In this document: positions 23,931-37,300 of the stretch, one piece after another
How the letters are laid out: the number at the start of each line of letters is the position of its first letter
How positions within the stretch are numbered: the first letter of the stretch is position 1
NCBI RefSeq assembly: GCF_002113885.1
Contig: NW_018408821.1
Location: forward strand, 827,511 to 891,510
DNA length: 64,000 nt
Direction of reading: 5' to 3'
Origin: Mizuhopecten yessoensis
Lineage: Eukaryota
The notes under the pieces: model-generated
Seen by the model: the letters and a program-made list of their open reading frames with translations, nothing else
Told to the model about the DNA's origin: nothing
Database searches by the model: none
Translations under genes and position numbers: made by a program

Positions 23931-24549
23931 GATTGGCCGGTAATATTGTTCTTGTAAAAAATAAGTATATAACACGTTTACATGACTGATATTGATCAAT
24001 GTAGGTATTTTTGCGATGTTCTTCGATAAAAAGTGATTACATATGTAAGTACCAAGTAACCGAAATTATCTCTTAACTGCTCATTATGATTCACATACAC
24101 GCATATATATGACATTAAATCATATTACCCAGCGCTGCCACACAAAAATAATCACTGGAGATACGAAATAGTTAAAGGAAGCGTATTTTAAAACACTGCA
24201 CGTTTGCCCAACAGTCAGCTTTTACAGCACCTTATGACTATTTCATTCGTTTAAGACTCATCATTGGTACTAAAGGACCGCAAAATGGAAAGTCATGTCT
24301 ACAGTACTAGGATACATGCATGAATACAGCAAAAAGAGAAATATTCCTATAAGATAAAATTTGAAAATGAACCAAATCTGTTTGATAAACATGATAAACA
24401 ACCAACACTCGCTGCGAAAGCTCTGTGTGTAGCGACTAGATCGCATATACATGTAAATCACCAAAACATAGCTTTTCCTTGTAACAAGCACGTGATTTTG
24501 CATCTCCGATGATGATAATAGTTGATAGATATGACGCCAAAACGTAAAC

Positions 24550-26260
24550 ACAAGTTCATAGGAGTGTTACAATGGCCCATATTTTATATGAATGCAAAGA
24601 TGCTTTATAGCAAGGGCGATACCAGTGGAGACACGACTAGGTACTTCGGAGATTAGCCAACGCTCTCGAGAGGGGGTGAAGAAAAGATAAGCAAACAACG
24701 GGTTCCAAGCAAACGGGAAACTAGTTTGTTTGTGTGGGAAATACATACTGACCATTATCTCATCAAACCAGCAACTTGCTAGATAGTTCATCATGACAGA
24801 TGTCAGTATACCTAGATAGTTCATCATGACAGATGTCAGTAGACCTAGATAGTTCATCATGACAGATGCCAGTAGACCTAGATAGTTCATCATGACCGAT
24901 GTCAGTAGACCTAGATAGTCCATCATGACAGATGCCAGTAGACCTAGATAGTTCATCATGACAGATGTCAGTAGACCTAGATAGTTCATCATGACAGATG
25001 TCAGTAGACCTAGATAGTTCATCATGACAGATGTCAGTAGACCTAGATAGTTCATCATGACAGATGTCAGTAGACCTAGATAGTTCATCATGACAGATGT
25101 CAGTAGACCTAGATAGTTCATCATGACAGATGTCAGTAGACCTAGATAGTTCATCATGACAGATGTCAGTAGACCTAGATAGTTCATCATGACAGATGTC
25201 AGTAGACCTAGATAGTTCATCATGACAGATGTCAGTAGACCTACATAGTTCATCATGACAGATGCCAGTAGACCTAGATGGTTCAGCATGACAGATGTCA
25301 GTAGACCTAGATAGTTCATCAAGACAGATGTCAANATGTAAATCACCAAAACATAGCTTTTCCTTGTAACAAGCACGTGATTTTGCATCTCCGATGATGA
25401 TAATAGTTGATAGATATGACGCCAAAACGTAAACACAAGTTTATAGGAGTGTTACAATGGCCCATATTTTATATGAATGCAAAGATGCTTTATAGCAAGG
25501 GCGATACCAGTGGAGACACGACTAGGTACTTCGGAGATTAGCCAACGCTCTCGAGAGGGGGTGAAGAAAAGATAAGCAAACAACGGGTTCCAAGCAAACG
25601 GGAAACTAGTTTGTTTGTGTGGGAAATACATACTGACCATTATCTCATCAAACCAGCAACTTGCTAGATAGTTCATCATGACAGATGTCAGTAGACCTAC
25701 ATAGTTCATCATGACAGATGCCAGTAGACCTAGATAGTTCATCATGGCAGATGCCAGTAGACATTGGCAAGCAGTTAAACTTCCCAAATGTAGTCCAGAC
25801 ACTTTGCGACCAGATGTGGTACTATAGCTAGTCAGCTTAGACAAGAGAATCATCATGATACAAATTTAGTGTGCCTTGGGAAGACAGATTCGACAAGAGA
25901 ATAAACTCTTAAGTATATATATATATATATTGGGAGTTGAAGAAAACCTGCAAGTCAACAGGATGGAATTCCTGGCTATTCCCGATAGAAGTGGTTTACG
26001 CTGGATTCCAAGCCAATTTATGTGGAACGTCTTCCACGCGTTAGAGGTGCACGGTAAAGATCGACGACATGTATTCAGTGTCTTGGGAGAGCAAGCCGAA
26101 AGAGCATCATGCTGGATATGGCACCGGCGAATGCCAATGAGTGGAAGTCGCACATGACAGGTAGTGAGAACATCACCATTATGGACCCACCGACTGTTGG
26201 ATGTCATGGTTTTGAAGGATCGAAACATCAAGCGACGGTTTGTAATCATCTGATGATGTT
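24550..26260 (+). pseudogene. 5'-truncated, decayed HERO-like (RLE-clade) non-LTR retrotransposon; 24451-24810 is repeated at 25336-25695
   Basis: Translation with stops and frameshifts gives TMAHILYECKDAL*QGRYQWRHD*VL (zinc-knuckle region), WQMPVDIGKQLNFPNVVQ-TLRPDVVL, SVPWEDRF, GWNSWLFPIEV..GF and AERASCWIWHRR. These are the C-terminal restriction-like endonuclease motifs, followed by a 3' UTR ending CTGATGATGT. Confidence 0.85.
24778..25334. repeat. 33-bp minisatellite (CTAGATAGTTCATCATGACAGATGTCAGTAGAC), ~17 copies; ~3 more at 25663-25762
   Basis: Near-perfect tandem array. Confidence 0.95.
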
Positions 26261-27905
26261 GAATTGGCTACCTACACACCTTCATCAGATGATGTTGAAT
26301 TGGCTACTACACACCTTCACCAGATGATATTGAATTGGCTATCTACACACCTTCACCAGATGATGTTGAATTGGCTACTAAACACCTTCACCAGATGATA
26401 TTGAATTGGCTACTACACACCTTCACCAGATGATATTGAATTGGCTATCTACAAACCTTCACCAGATGATGTTGAATTGGCTACCTACACACCTTCATCA
26501 GATGATGTTGAATTGGCTACTACACACCTTTACCAGATGATATTGGATTGGCTACCTACACACCTTCACCAGATGATGTTGAATTGGCTACTAAACACCT
26601 TCACCAGATGATATTGAATTGGCTATCTACACACCTTCACCAGATGATGTTGAATTGGCTACTAAACACCTTCACCAGATGATATTGAATTGGCTACCTA
26701 CACACCTTCACCAGATGATGTTGAATTGGCTGCTACACACCTTCACCAGATGATATTGAATTGGCTACCTACACTCCTTCACCAGGTGATGTTGAATTGG
26801 CTACCTACACACCTTCATCAGATGATGTTGAATTGGCTACTACACACCTTCACCAGATGATATTGAATTGGCTACATACACTCCTTCACCAGGTGATGTT
26901 GAATTGGCTACCTACACACCTTCACCAGATGATGTTGAAATGGCTACCTACACACTTTCACCAGATGCTGTTGAATTGGCTACCTACACACCTTCACCAG
27001 ATGATGTCGAATTGGCTACCTACACACCTTCACCAGATGATATTAAATTGGCTACCTACACACCTTCACCAGATGATATTAAATTGGCTACCTACACACC
27101 TTCACCAGATGATATTGAATTGGCTACCTTCACCAGATGATGTTGAATTGGCTACCTACAAACCTTCACCAGATGATGTTGAATTGGCTACTACACGTCT
27201 TCACCAGATGATGTTGAATTGGCTACCTACACACCTGCACCAGATGATGTTGAATTGGCTACTACACACCTTCACCAGATGATGTTGAATTGGCTACTAC
27301 ACGTCTTCACCAGATGATGTTGAATTGGCTACCTACACACCTTCACCAGATGCTATTGAATTGGCTACCTACACACCTTCACCAGATGATGTCGAATTGG
27401 CTACCTACACACCTTCACCAGATGATATTGAATTGGCTACCTTCACCAGATGATGTTGAATTGGCTACCTACAAACCTTCACCAGATGATGTTGAATTGG
27501 CTACTACACGTCTTCACCAGATGATNCTACACACCTTTACCAGATGATATTGAATTGGCTACCTACACACCTTCACCAGATGATGTTGAATTGGCTACCT
27601 ACACACCTTCACCAGATGATGTTGAATTAGCTACCTACACACCTTCACCAGATGATGTTGAATAGGCTACTTCACACCTTCACCAGATGATGTTGAATTG
27701 GCTCCTACACACCTTTACCAGATGATATTGAATTGGCTACCTACACACCTTCACCAGATGATGTTGAATTGGCTACCTACACACCTTCACCAGATGATGT
27801 TGAATTAGCTACCTACACACCTTCACCAGATGATGTTGAATAGGCTACTTCACACCTTCACCAGATGATGTTGAATTGGCTACTACACACCTTCACCAGT
27901 GATGA
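26250..27905. repeat. 35/36-bp minisatellite (GATGATGTTGAATTGGCTACCTACACACCTTCACCA), ~46 copies
   Basis: Tandem array with an N at 27526. Contains higher-order duplicated blocks (e.g. 27527-27704 vs 27705-27882). Confidence 0.97.
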
Positions 27906-28911
27906 ATAACTGTTAATTTATAATACATATGAAATATACACCGCTTGTAATCTAGTTACACAACGTCTCAACTTGCCAGCGATAATAGCCATTATTTCCT
28001 ACTTAGTTGTTCTGCAGCCGTTACCGTAACTGAGAACGTTCCTCCTCTTGTTACATAATTATATTTATCACACTGTATGTTCTCATCACGAGCACGTGGA
28101 TAAAATCGAGAGGCCACCGCAGGCGCAAGCAGACGTTCTTTTTTGAGAAAAATGTTTCCAAGTGCTGGAAAATGGGAAAAAAGTAGTATAAAGTAGTATA
28201 TAGATGATAATTATAGATTATCAAACTGTATTAGCATATAAGGCCATCGCATGCGCGAGCAGACGTTCTTTTTTGAGAACATACGTTCCCAAGTGCTGGA
28301 AAATGGGAAAATCAGTTCTGAAGTTATTCTCAAGTTGTTCTCAAGTCGTTCTCAACTTCTTTTCATACTGACAACCAATTATAATGAATAAAGTAGTATA
28401 GATGATAATCAATTTTACCGCAGCAGAAGATGCACTCCAAGTTATAAGCATATTGTTCCGTTGATTTCTCTGTGCATGGAAAACGGGAAACTGTCAAAAG
28501 CAGTTTATCTCCAGATACTTATTGCACCTTTCAGAGCTCTGCTATTATACTATGCATTGAAGTTAATTATATAGCTAGAAAATCGATTTTAAAAGGAAGT
28601 TGTTACTCGGGATGAAGCATATATAAGTGCGTTAATAACCATGTTACAATTATCGGTACAGACAGGCTACAGCTATAATACTTGTGTTTAAACGAGCGAT
28701 TCAGGTCTAGTAGCAGTATACAGTATTACAGAGCATGATGTCAATTACTTGACCGTACATAAACGTTGACAAATCAATCACTTGACCGTACATAAACGTT
28801 GACAAATCAATCACTTTTATCATGTTCCCTAAATCAAATCATGTTCCCTACTTAATGAATTTTGAATAAAAACGTTTTAATCAACTAGACAGAGGCTGAA
28901 ATAATTCCATA

Positions 28912-30153
28912 CAGGGGGGACCAAGGAATTAATTTTGGGTGTTGCCCAAAATTTTAAACTCAGAAAAAGACATTTTTTGCACTTATCTAGAACTAATAAA
29001 TTAGAATTGTCATGTCGGTTGTATATGTATATTACCTTCTGGCACCAAAAAATATATATAGAACTTCATTTTTTCTGAGATTGTGACAATTATTTCCCAG
29101 TCGAGCGGAGCGAGATGTACATGTACTACTAAACTATTTCAAGCACTGCCGAGCGTAGATAGCAAAGAATGATCGGACATTATTTCCATTGTCAAACAGA
29201 TCGAGTGAGCAGGGACGTATAGTGTCCCTGGAGTGAGCAGGGACGTATAGTGTCCCTGGAGTGAGGCGTAGAACAGTTTTCGGAGTTTCAAGGTTATATT
29301 TTATAACGTAGAGTATTCATATTTTATGATGGCCGTACGGAGCGATTGTTAACAAATTTTGTAAAATAAATGGTAAAAATGAAGGTTTTTGGTTAAAATG
29401 TTGATGCCCTTCATGTGCATTTAGTTTATGCGAGCATTTTGGCAATTTAATATTGATTGATTTTGTCATAAATATGAATTATGATTTAACTTTTTGTCTT
29501 TTATTGTGAATTATTCGTATACATATGTACAAGGGCAACACCTAATGAAAAGGATGTATACTCCAGGCTTTTATGCTAACATTGGTTATTATTCACCTGA
29601 TAAATTGATGCTAAATGATTTCATTGTCTTTGAAATTTATATTTTTTAATTGATATTAAATATCACTCCTGGTGATCATGTGTACATGAAACCACAGGTG
29701 AAAATAAAGGTTTATCTAGCATGAAATGGACTCTACCTTTGATATAACACTTAACCTATATACCTAATTCCAATATGGTATAGTCCTCTCCCAACTGACA
29801 GGGTGATCACACCGTGACATTAGAACAATAAGATTAGGTAGAGTCAGTCCGGTGAGCCTTGACCACTGACCTGACTGGAGACCCTACTAATATATAGACA
29901 ATAGAGGATTAACCCCCTATTGTTTAGAATATAAGTATGGGTAGTGGACTCCTTGTTTGGGCAACCCCCTTAGGCATATATAGATATTCAAACTGCTGGC
30001 AAGGGGAAGCCATAGAAAATCATAGTTCAAGGGATGGTTGATATTAGAAGGGAAACCAACATGAAATGGAGGAGAATCTTAGGAGATTATTTTTTGACAC
30101 AGAAAAAGGGTGTTGCCCGGGCAACTAGGGCAACACCCCTGGATCCGCCACTG
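28912..30153. mobile_element. old non-autonomous hAT-like element
   Basis: Right end CCCCTGGATCCGCCACTG; degenerate left end CAGGGGGGACCAAGG; repeated subterminal GGGTGTTGCCC/GGGCAACACC. No clear TSD remains. Confidence 0.5.
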
Positions 30154-31343
30154 CCACATAAGACTATTGTGCGGTTTCCAACGTTGCAGAACCTGATGCT
30201 ATTATTAGGTGCATCTATTTATATGGTTAAGAAAATGTAAGTGTGATTAATGCTTTGTTTATGTCATTTTAAAGAAATTGATAGCCTGTCTTAAATTTTC
30301 TTTTCTTGTCATTGTTTCGGGGTTACTTCAATATTATCAAAGTACGTTTAAACTTGAAAACTGTTTTATGATTAATCATTGAGAAATATAACATTCAAAT
30401 ATGATATACATGTATATTAAACGTGGATATTAATTACGATACTTTATTCCAAAGGTCGTTGTAGTTAGATACAGCTGTATATACTCATTGTAGTAGGTAT
30501 ACCAGAAATGCTATGAAACGCTGTCTTTAGGACGAAGGGTAGTAACTCCCATAAAATAACGACATTCACAGATGAATACTTTTGTGATTATACCGAAACT
30601 AATTTTACTTTTTTTTCTTAACGTTACCATCTATGTCGCGTTAAGCAGATTACGTCCATACTGGCCGATCCCATGGACTCGGAACCCTAATATATCTCGA
30701 AGGTTAACTAATCCTGACATGATAAGAAGCGGGACAGACTACGGCCACTAAGCTGACCAGTAATAACCAGATAACACCTGTACAAGATCGCTTACCGAAC
30801 GTCTTCTCGCAAGCAATATTTCAAACAACAATATTTGGTAAGATTATTGGTTTTCTAGTATGCATATGAACCATTTTTTATAATACATGTAGTTATGTCA
30901 TAAATGGTATCATCGGAAATCTAATGTTAGAAATTATTCAGACAATGTTTAGTGAACACGATGTGCGTGTCATATTGACATTATAAAACAGTTACGTATA
31001 ACCCCTCATGGTGTCAGATAAAAGTAAGACACACACGTGTGTTTGTAGCTATCACAGTTGCCTATAGATGCAGTATGCAAAAAAATGAATTACACTGAAT
31101 CATAGAGCTGTAAGTCAAAACAATGCATAGCCTGCTCTCAGTTCATTAAATGCACTTGTATTTATTGTAGCTGTCAACATCCGGGTATTTGTTCACCGAG
31201 CCAGAGGAAAGCAGAACTTGAGGAGGACATGGAAAGACGTATGCCCGACTTGTAATTGAAGTATAGTATGCTGTGAAATTCGTCTCTGGATATAGAACCG
31301 AAGAGTCTTCCTAGCTTTATTAAGCCTTAGAATCAAAAGCGAC

Positions 31344-34300
31344 ATGGCGACATTTACCACATTCGACTATTGCCTCTTTGTGGCAGTGCTTCTTGTTTCC
31401 TTTTTCATCGGGCTGTATTACATGCTGAAAGAAAAATTCGCAAAACAGGAATCTACTTCCGACGATATTTTAATGGGCGGACGAGATATGCCAGTATTTC
31501 CGGTAGCTATGTCTCTAGTTGCTAGCTACATGTCTGCTATTACCGTTTTGGGAGTCCCGACAGAGATGTACGTTTTCGGTACAGAATACTACTTGGTGGC
31601 ATTTTCAGGACTATTGACGTATCCTATCACCTGTTTTGTGTTCCTGCCATTTTTTCATAACTTGGGACTATCAAGTGCATACCAGGTAAATTGTTCGCTC
31701 CTATGGTTTTTTTGCAATGTTATTCACTTTCGTTCTTCATGCTTAATGTTAGATAACTTTTAAGCATCAGTTATCGGACGGGTGAAGCTGAGTCTAAAAT
31801 GGCTTCAGTTGTCGATGGGATGTAAAACAATGCAAAACAAAAATACATGTAATTTAATACTAAATATATCTGTTAAGTTGTCAAATTTATCTTTTTAGTC
31901 GTACACTATTTCGACGCTCTGCAGTTTTTATCACCATATAAATGACCATATTAATTGTACCCGTAATTAGTCAAGTGCCGATTAATGTCCATAGGCCTCT
32001 TGTTTTTCGAGTACATATAAATATAGGGGTATTTTGCAACACAATGGGATAATCTCTCATGTGTTATATAGTCAGAGCACACGGGCACGCAACTACTATC
32101 AATATTGATCTTGTATTAGGTTTTCAGTCGCTAACGTACCCAGCGACTGAAAGCCTAAAACAAGATCAGTATTGATAGTAGTTGCATGTCCCTGTGGTCA
32201 GAGATAACTTAATATCAACACTAATACATTGCAGTACCTTGAACTCCGATTCAACAGTTGGACACGATATCTTGCAGCATTGATCTTTGCCATTGAAATG
32301 GTAAGTTGATACTTTCTTCGAATGTTATAGTTTTGCACGGTAAAACGCAATAATGCTGCATCTAGTAATGATACTAAAGCGGGCCAGACGTCATGTTTGC
32401 CTTTTCTTGGTACCGCTGGTCGTAACGTTTTAACGGACTCTTCAGTTTAGCCCCTCTCAAGATTTGTAACAGGACCAAAGAGAAGCAAAAATATTGGAAA
32501 CGATACCCATCCACACCATTAAGCTGTATAATTTTAAATTAATAGAATCGTATGGATTAAGAGGACGTCCTCACTGAATACACACTGTTAAAGCACAAGA
32601 ACGCTTTTATGGATAACGATTTAGTTGGTATCGCTTTTGTTTACTTGGGGGCTTCATAAAACTGTTTAGTTTGTTTTTCGTATCCATGGTTCACGTTATT
32701 TTTCATATCTGCGTTTGAGCTTCACCGTTGACACCTTGGTATATACCATTCTCCTATGTGTTGACACCGTGGTATAAACCATGTTTCTGTGTTGACACCG
32801 TGAGGTGTTATATACCATGTTCCTGTGTGTTGACACCGTGGTATATATCTTGTTCCTGCCTGTGTGTTGACACCGTGGTATATATCATGTTCCAGTGTGT
32901 TGACATCGTGGTATATATCCTGTTACTGTGTGTTGATACCATGGAATATACCATGTTCCTGTGTGTTGACACCGTGGTATATACAATGTTTCATGTTCCA
33001 GTGTGTTGACATCGTGGTATATATCATGTTTCTTTAAGTGCCATTGTTTTTACCAAACAGGTTGGCTAGGTATCGATACTAACACTTTATGTCTAAATCA
33101 TAATATTGTATATACTTGTTTCAGGTGCTGTATATGGCTGTTGTGTTATATGCTCCAGCGCTTGCTTTAAATCAAGGTGAGACATATGTTTAGGTTTAGG
33201 TTTCATTCCTTTTTGTTGAATATATTTTTATTGATAAATTATCTGTAAAATAGTTTTCCGAGTTTAAAAAGGAAAGGGAGATCTCCTATCGTTATCTGTC
33301 GGTAAAACCATCAAATTATTATCAAACAGTCCAGATTTTTAGGACTACACAATTATTAAAGGCGAGATTATAACGAATGTCCTTAATGCTAGGGTCGATA
33401 GAATCAGGTTCAAATGTATCATTTATATTATCTAGCATTTGATGTCAGTTTTATCTGTTCCAGTGACTGGCCTTTCACTATCGGGGTCTATATTAAGTGT
33501 CGGTGCTGTAGTAACATTTTATACGTCTATGGTAAGTCTAACGTCAACTGTGAGGAGAGGAGGTGTAAGTTTTGGATATCAATAAATAATATGTTTACAA
33601 AGTGAGGAAACCTGTTTATATATATAGCAAGTCAATGTAAAAAGCAAAGCACATTTTATTTTTAATGAACCACATGCAAGACCATTTCGTCAATTTGGGA
33701 CTTATTAGTTGTAACAATGGTCAAAAGAATGAATATATTGTTTAAAATGTTTAGAAATTAGCATGTATGCAGAAACACAGCAAAAGCGGAAAGCCTTTAA
33801 TCCCTTAGAGAAAAACAAAGCATTAATCATAAAGTGCAATAGTTATCATCCAAATTGAAGAACTTTGTATAGCCCACTTAATATTATTGCTTTTGTATCG
33901 CCCTTGAATGGTCATGACATGCTTAGAAAATCTGCTAATAAGAGTAACGTTATAGGGAGGATTACGTGCCGTGCTGTGGACGGACACGTTCCAAACATTT
34001 GTCGTTGTTGGCGGTCTCGTTGGTATCATTGCTATCGGCTGCACGAAGTTCGGTGGAATTGGGGAGGTGTGGAACATCGCACAGCAAGGAGGCAGAATAC
34101 AGTTCTTCAAGTACGTATAGTGTGTAAAACATTACACAAACAATTCAGTTATTTGCTAGCAATTCATTGATACTCGTAATTGTTGACTCGGACTACGATT
34201 CTGACGTTCCTGATTAATTAGAAATGAAACTACATTAACCTTTGCGTATGTACACTGTCTAGATACCTTACACGTTCGTCTTCAGACTATTTTATACTGG

Positions 34301-37300
34301 TACACTGTCTAAAAAATTTATACTGGTACACTGTCTAGATACCTTACACGTTCGTCTTCAGACTATTTTATACTGGTACACTGTCTAGATACCTTACACG
34401 TTCGTCTTCAGACTATTTTATACTGATAGCACTGTTGTGTACAGAATAGGTTTATCTAAATGAGAATTAAGATGGGACACTTGAAATGACTTACTGGATG
34501 CTTTTTGCTGCAGCTTCGACCCTAGCCCCTTCACAAGGTGCACGTTCTGGGGACTTATTGTCGGTAGTTTTATTGGTCAGCTGACGATCTACGGAGCCAA
34601 TCAGACTATGTTACAACGATATATGAGTATCAGCAACGTCAAAAACGCACAGATGTAAGTATAATCATGTTCTGGTGAAACACACACGGCTACAGCACTG
34701 ACCGCATGTACGATTATATTCGGATTATACATTTGTTTGTTTCAATTCTAGGCCCTGCGTTTACTACAGTAGTTCACTTCTGTGACAAAATAATATCTTG
34801 TTTCATCCTTTTCTGGTAAAATGGATTGGGGAAATGTTAATCCCTTGGATTTAGATTTGTTAGTACCGACCCGGCAGGACGCGTTCTGAACTTTGATTAT
34901 TTATCATGATTCGGTGTAACTACAATGTACTGGATAAACATTTTTTCTGAAATCTGCACACAACATGGCATTCAAAGCACATTTACTTATAAAACGTTTA
35001 TGTGCAAGTTTTGATTAAATAACAAAGATTATCACAACACCAATATAATATTATCGCCATTACTTTCATGCTATTTATTCCTTTTGTACGTTGGTTGTTC
35101 TTCGAACGACTGACTCGCTAAGGTTATTACTTAAAGAATTAATAACTATAAACACGTTGAGTTGTTGTGTTTGAACCGATTTTGGCGTAATATTTGAATT
35201 CGTGATCGTTTCACCTCGAGAACTAAAATTAAAATACCTCTCTCACATAATCGTATAGACTTAGAGCAGTATATTCAGGTGGTAACTTACAAATACGATT
35301 GGCTACATGTAGGGGGTGCTATTTGTGTTACAGAGCCTTATTCGTCAGCTTACCAGCAACCATCTTGCTGATCACTTTAGTGTGTCTGTCCGGACTGGTC
35401 ATCTACGCCGAGTACCATGACTGTGACCCTCTACTGGACGGTAAACTCATATCCAGGGACCAGGTATGGCATTAACGACGAAGTGCCCTTATCATAAACT
35501 TGAAAGAAAACGTTCTTTTTTCGGACTGTTCAGTTATTTTGGTCCATTGCAAAATAATGCATCGCAATACCGTATGTTGTACATGTATATTATTTGTGCT
35601 GTGTTTCTTTTAATATACAAATTGTACTAAGGTACTTGTATTCACACATGTAAGCATACACAACACACATGGAAGCACGTCCTTAAATGACATTAGTTTT
35701 TAATAGGACGCTAAGCCCTATACAACAAACCAACCAACCAACTTATATTTTCATCAATGGTAGCTCTGGACTATATAATATAAAGCTATGAGGCGGTACT
35801 TTAACTGGGGCAGCATCCATGGAATGCCACCTTCATTGCCATGGAAACAACGACACATTAACCTAGTGTATCTGACAAGTGATGACTACATTGCTCCCTA
35901 TATTGTAGCTACTGCCGTACTACGTCATGGAGAGCCTGGGCGGTGTACCCGGCATACCCGGACTGTTCGTGGCATGCATATTCAGTGCTGCACTGAGGTA
36001 ATCCGTCTTAGACAAGGGATGGGAGATAACTTGCGTTGTACTGTCTATATTTTAGTGTAACCATTGGGAAAATTGTGAAAAATGGAATTAAAACTCTGAC
36101 TGAAATATAGTCATGCGCTCGATGTTCAATTATTGTCAGCTTACCGATAATTGAAAGAGATTCATGTAACCATTATTAAAATTATGCGCCCGCTGTTTGA
36201 TCATTTTTTGTTTTATTTCATTTGGTTTTAAATTACTAAACACATACTGAAGAATCTATTGGTTTTCATTTCCGAGGAGAGTCAGATTGCATTACTTATA
36301 AGCCAATTAAAGCTACTTCCTCCTGTCATAATTGTTTTGCAAAAATAAAATACATAATTTGCGTTACCAGCAATGTCTATATTATGTTACACATATTCTG
36401 TTTTGATTGATTGATAATTAACTTCACTCATATACTTGTATTTATTTCAGTTCAATATCGTCATGCTTGAATGCTCTTTCTATCACTCTGTTGGAAGACT
36501 TGCTGAAACCTTTCATGAAATACTGTGGAATAGTGATGAAGCCTTCTGCTGAAGCGAAAACGGCAAATATCCTAGGTATAAATGGAACGTTAAAATTTAG
36601 GGTAATCCGTCGGCCATATATATATTTAATATACCTCGGCTTCATTTCCTCTATATAAAAGAAATTGGTTAAATCGAATATATACCCACTTTTGCCTGAC
36701 TGTGTTTTAGTCCTGTGTGTTAGTCTGGGTACTAAAACACAACTTCTGAACTAACACACACCTACACTCGGGTGTTTCCGCCGAGCCAATCAGGCGAGAG
36801 GTGGGCGGAGCTTGTTACCGAACTCGGAAGCGACGCGCGAGATGGGCAGAGCTTGCTACCGAACTCAGAAGCATTTGGCTCCATTGCCATCAAAAGGGTA
36901 GTTGGGACGTGAAGCTATACAGCATATGGTTTACAAATATTTTCTAGTTAAAACTATCTCTCCAGTGTGTATCGGTATAATGAAACGGTTAAAGTATGGG
37001 GTTGAGGGATATAGCAAGTTTCTGGTGTCCTCGGCTGCCGAGGGAAATAGGCATGGTCTCGGGACACCAGAAACTTGCTATATCCATCAACCCGAAACTT
37101 TAACTGTATAAGATGAATATCGAAGGGTTTCAATAATATGGATATGAAATACTTGACATTCTTCCTTGCTTGTTTTCCTGTTATACATTTTCTTTTGTTT
37201 ATACTGATATGCCCTTATTGTTTTATATATATTGTAAATAAAAACGTATAGTTGGCGCCTATAAAGGAAAATACATAATATAAAAATATACGTAGGTGTA

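Noticed and set aside
24451-25770. Apparent ~360-bp segmental duplication around the 33-bp array
   Set aside because: The second copy starts right after the N at 25335 and is almost identical. It most likely represents two haplotypes (long and short VNTR alleles) or overlapping contig ends assembled in tandem; long reads would decide.
26190-26262. Hammerhead ribozyme (GAAAC ... CTGATGA) at the HERO 3' end
   Set aside because: Core words are present, but stems I and II cannot be formed with the required spacing.
24567-27547. Long repetitive ORFs (289, 220, 173 aa, etc.)
   Set aside because: By-products of 33/36-bp minisatellites. They span Ns, are open in several frames and lack splice context.
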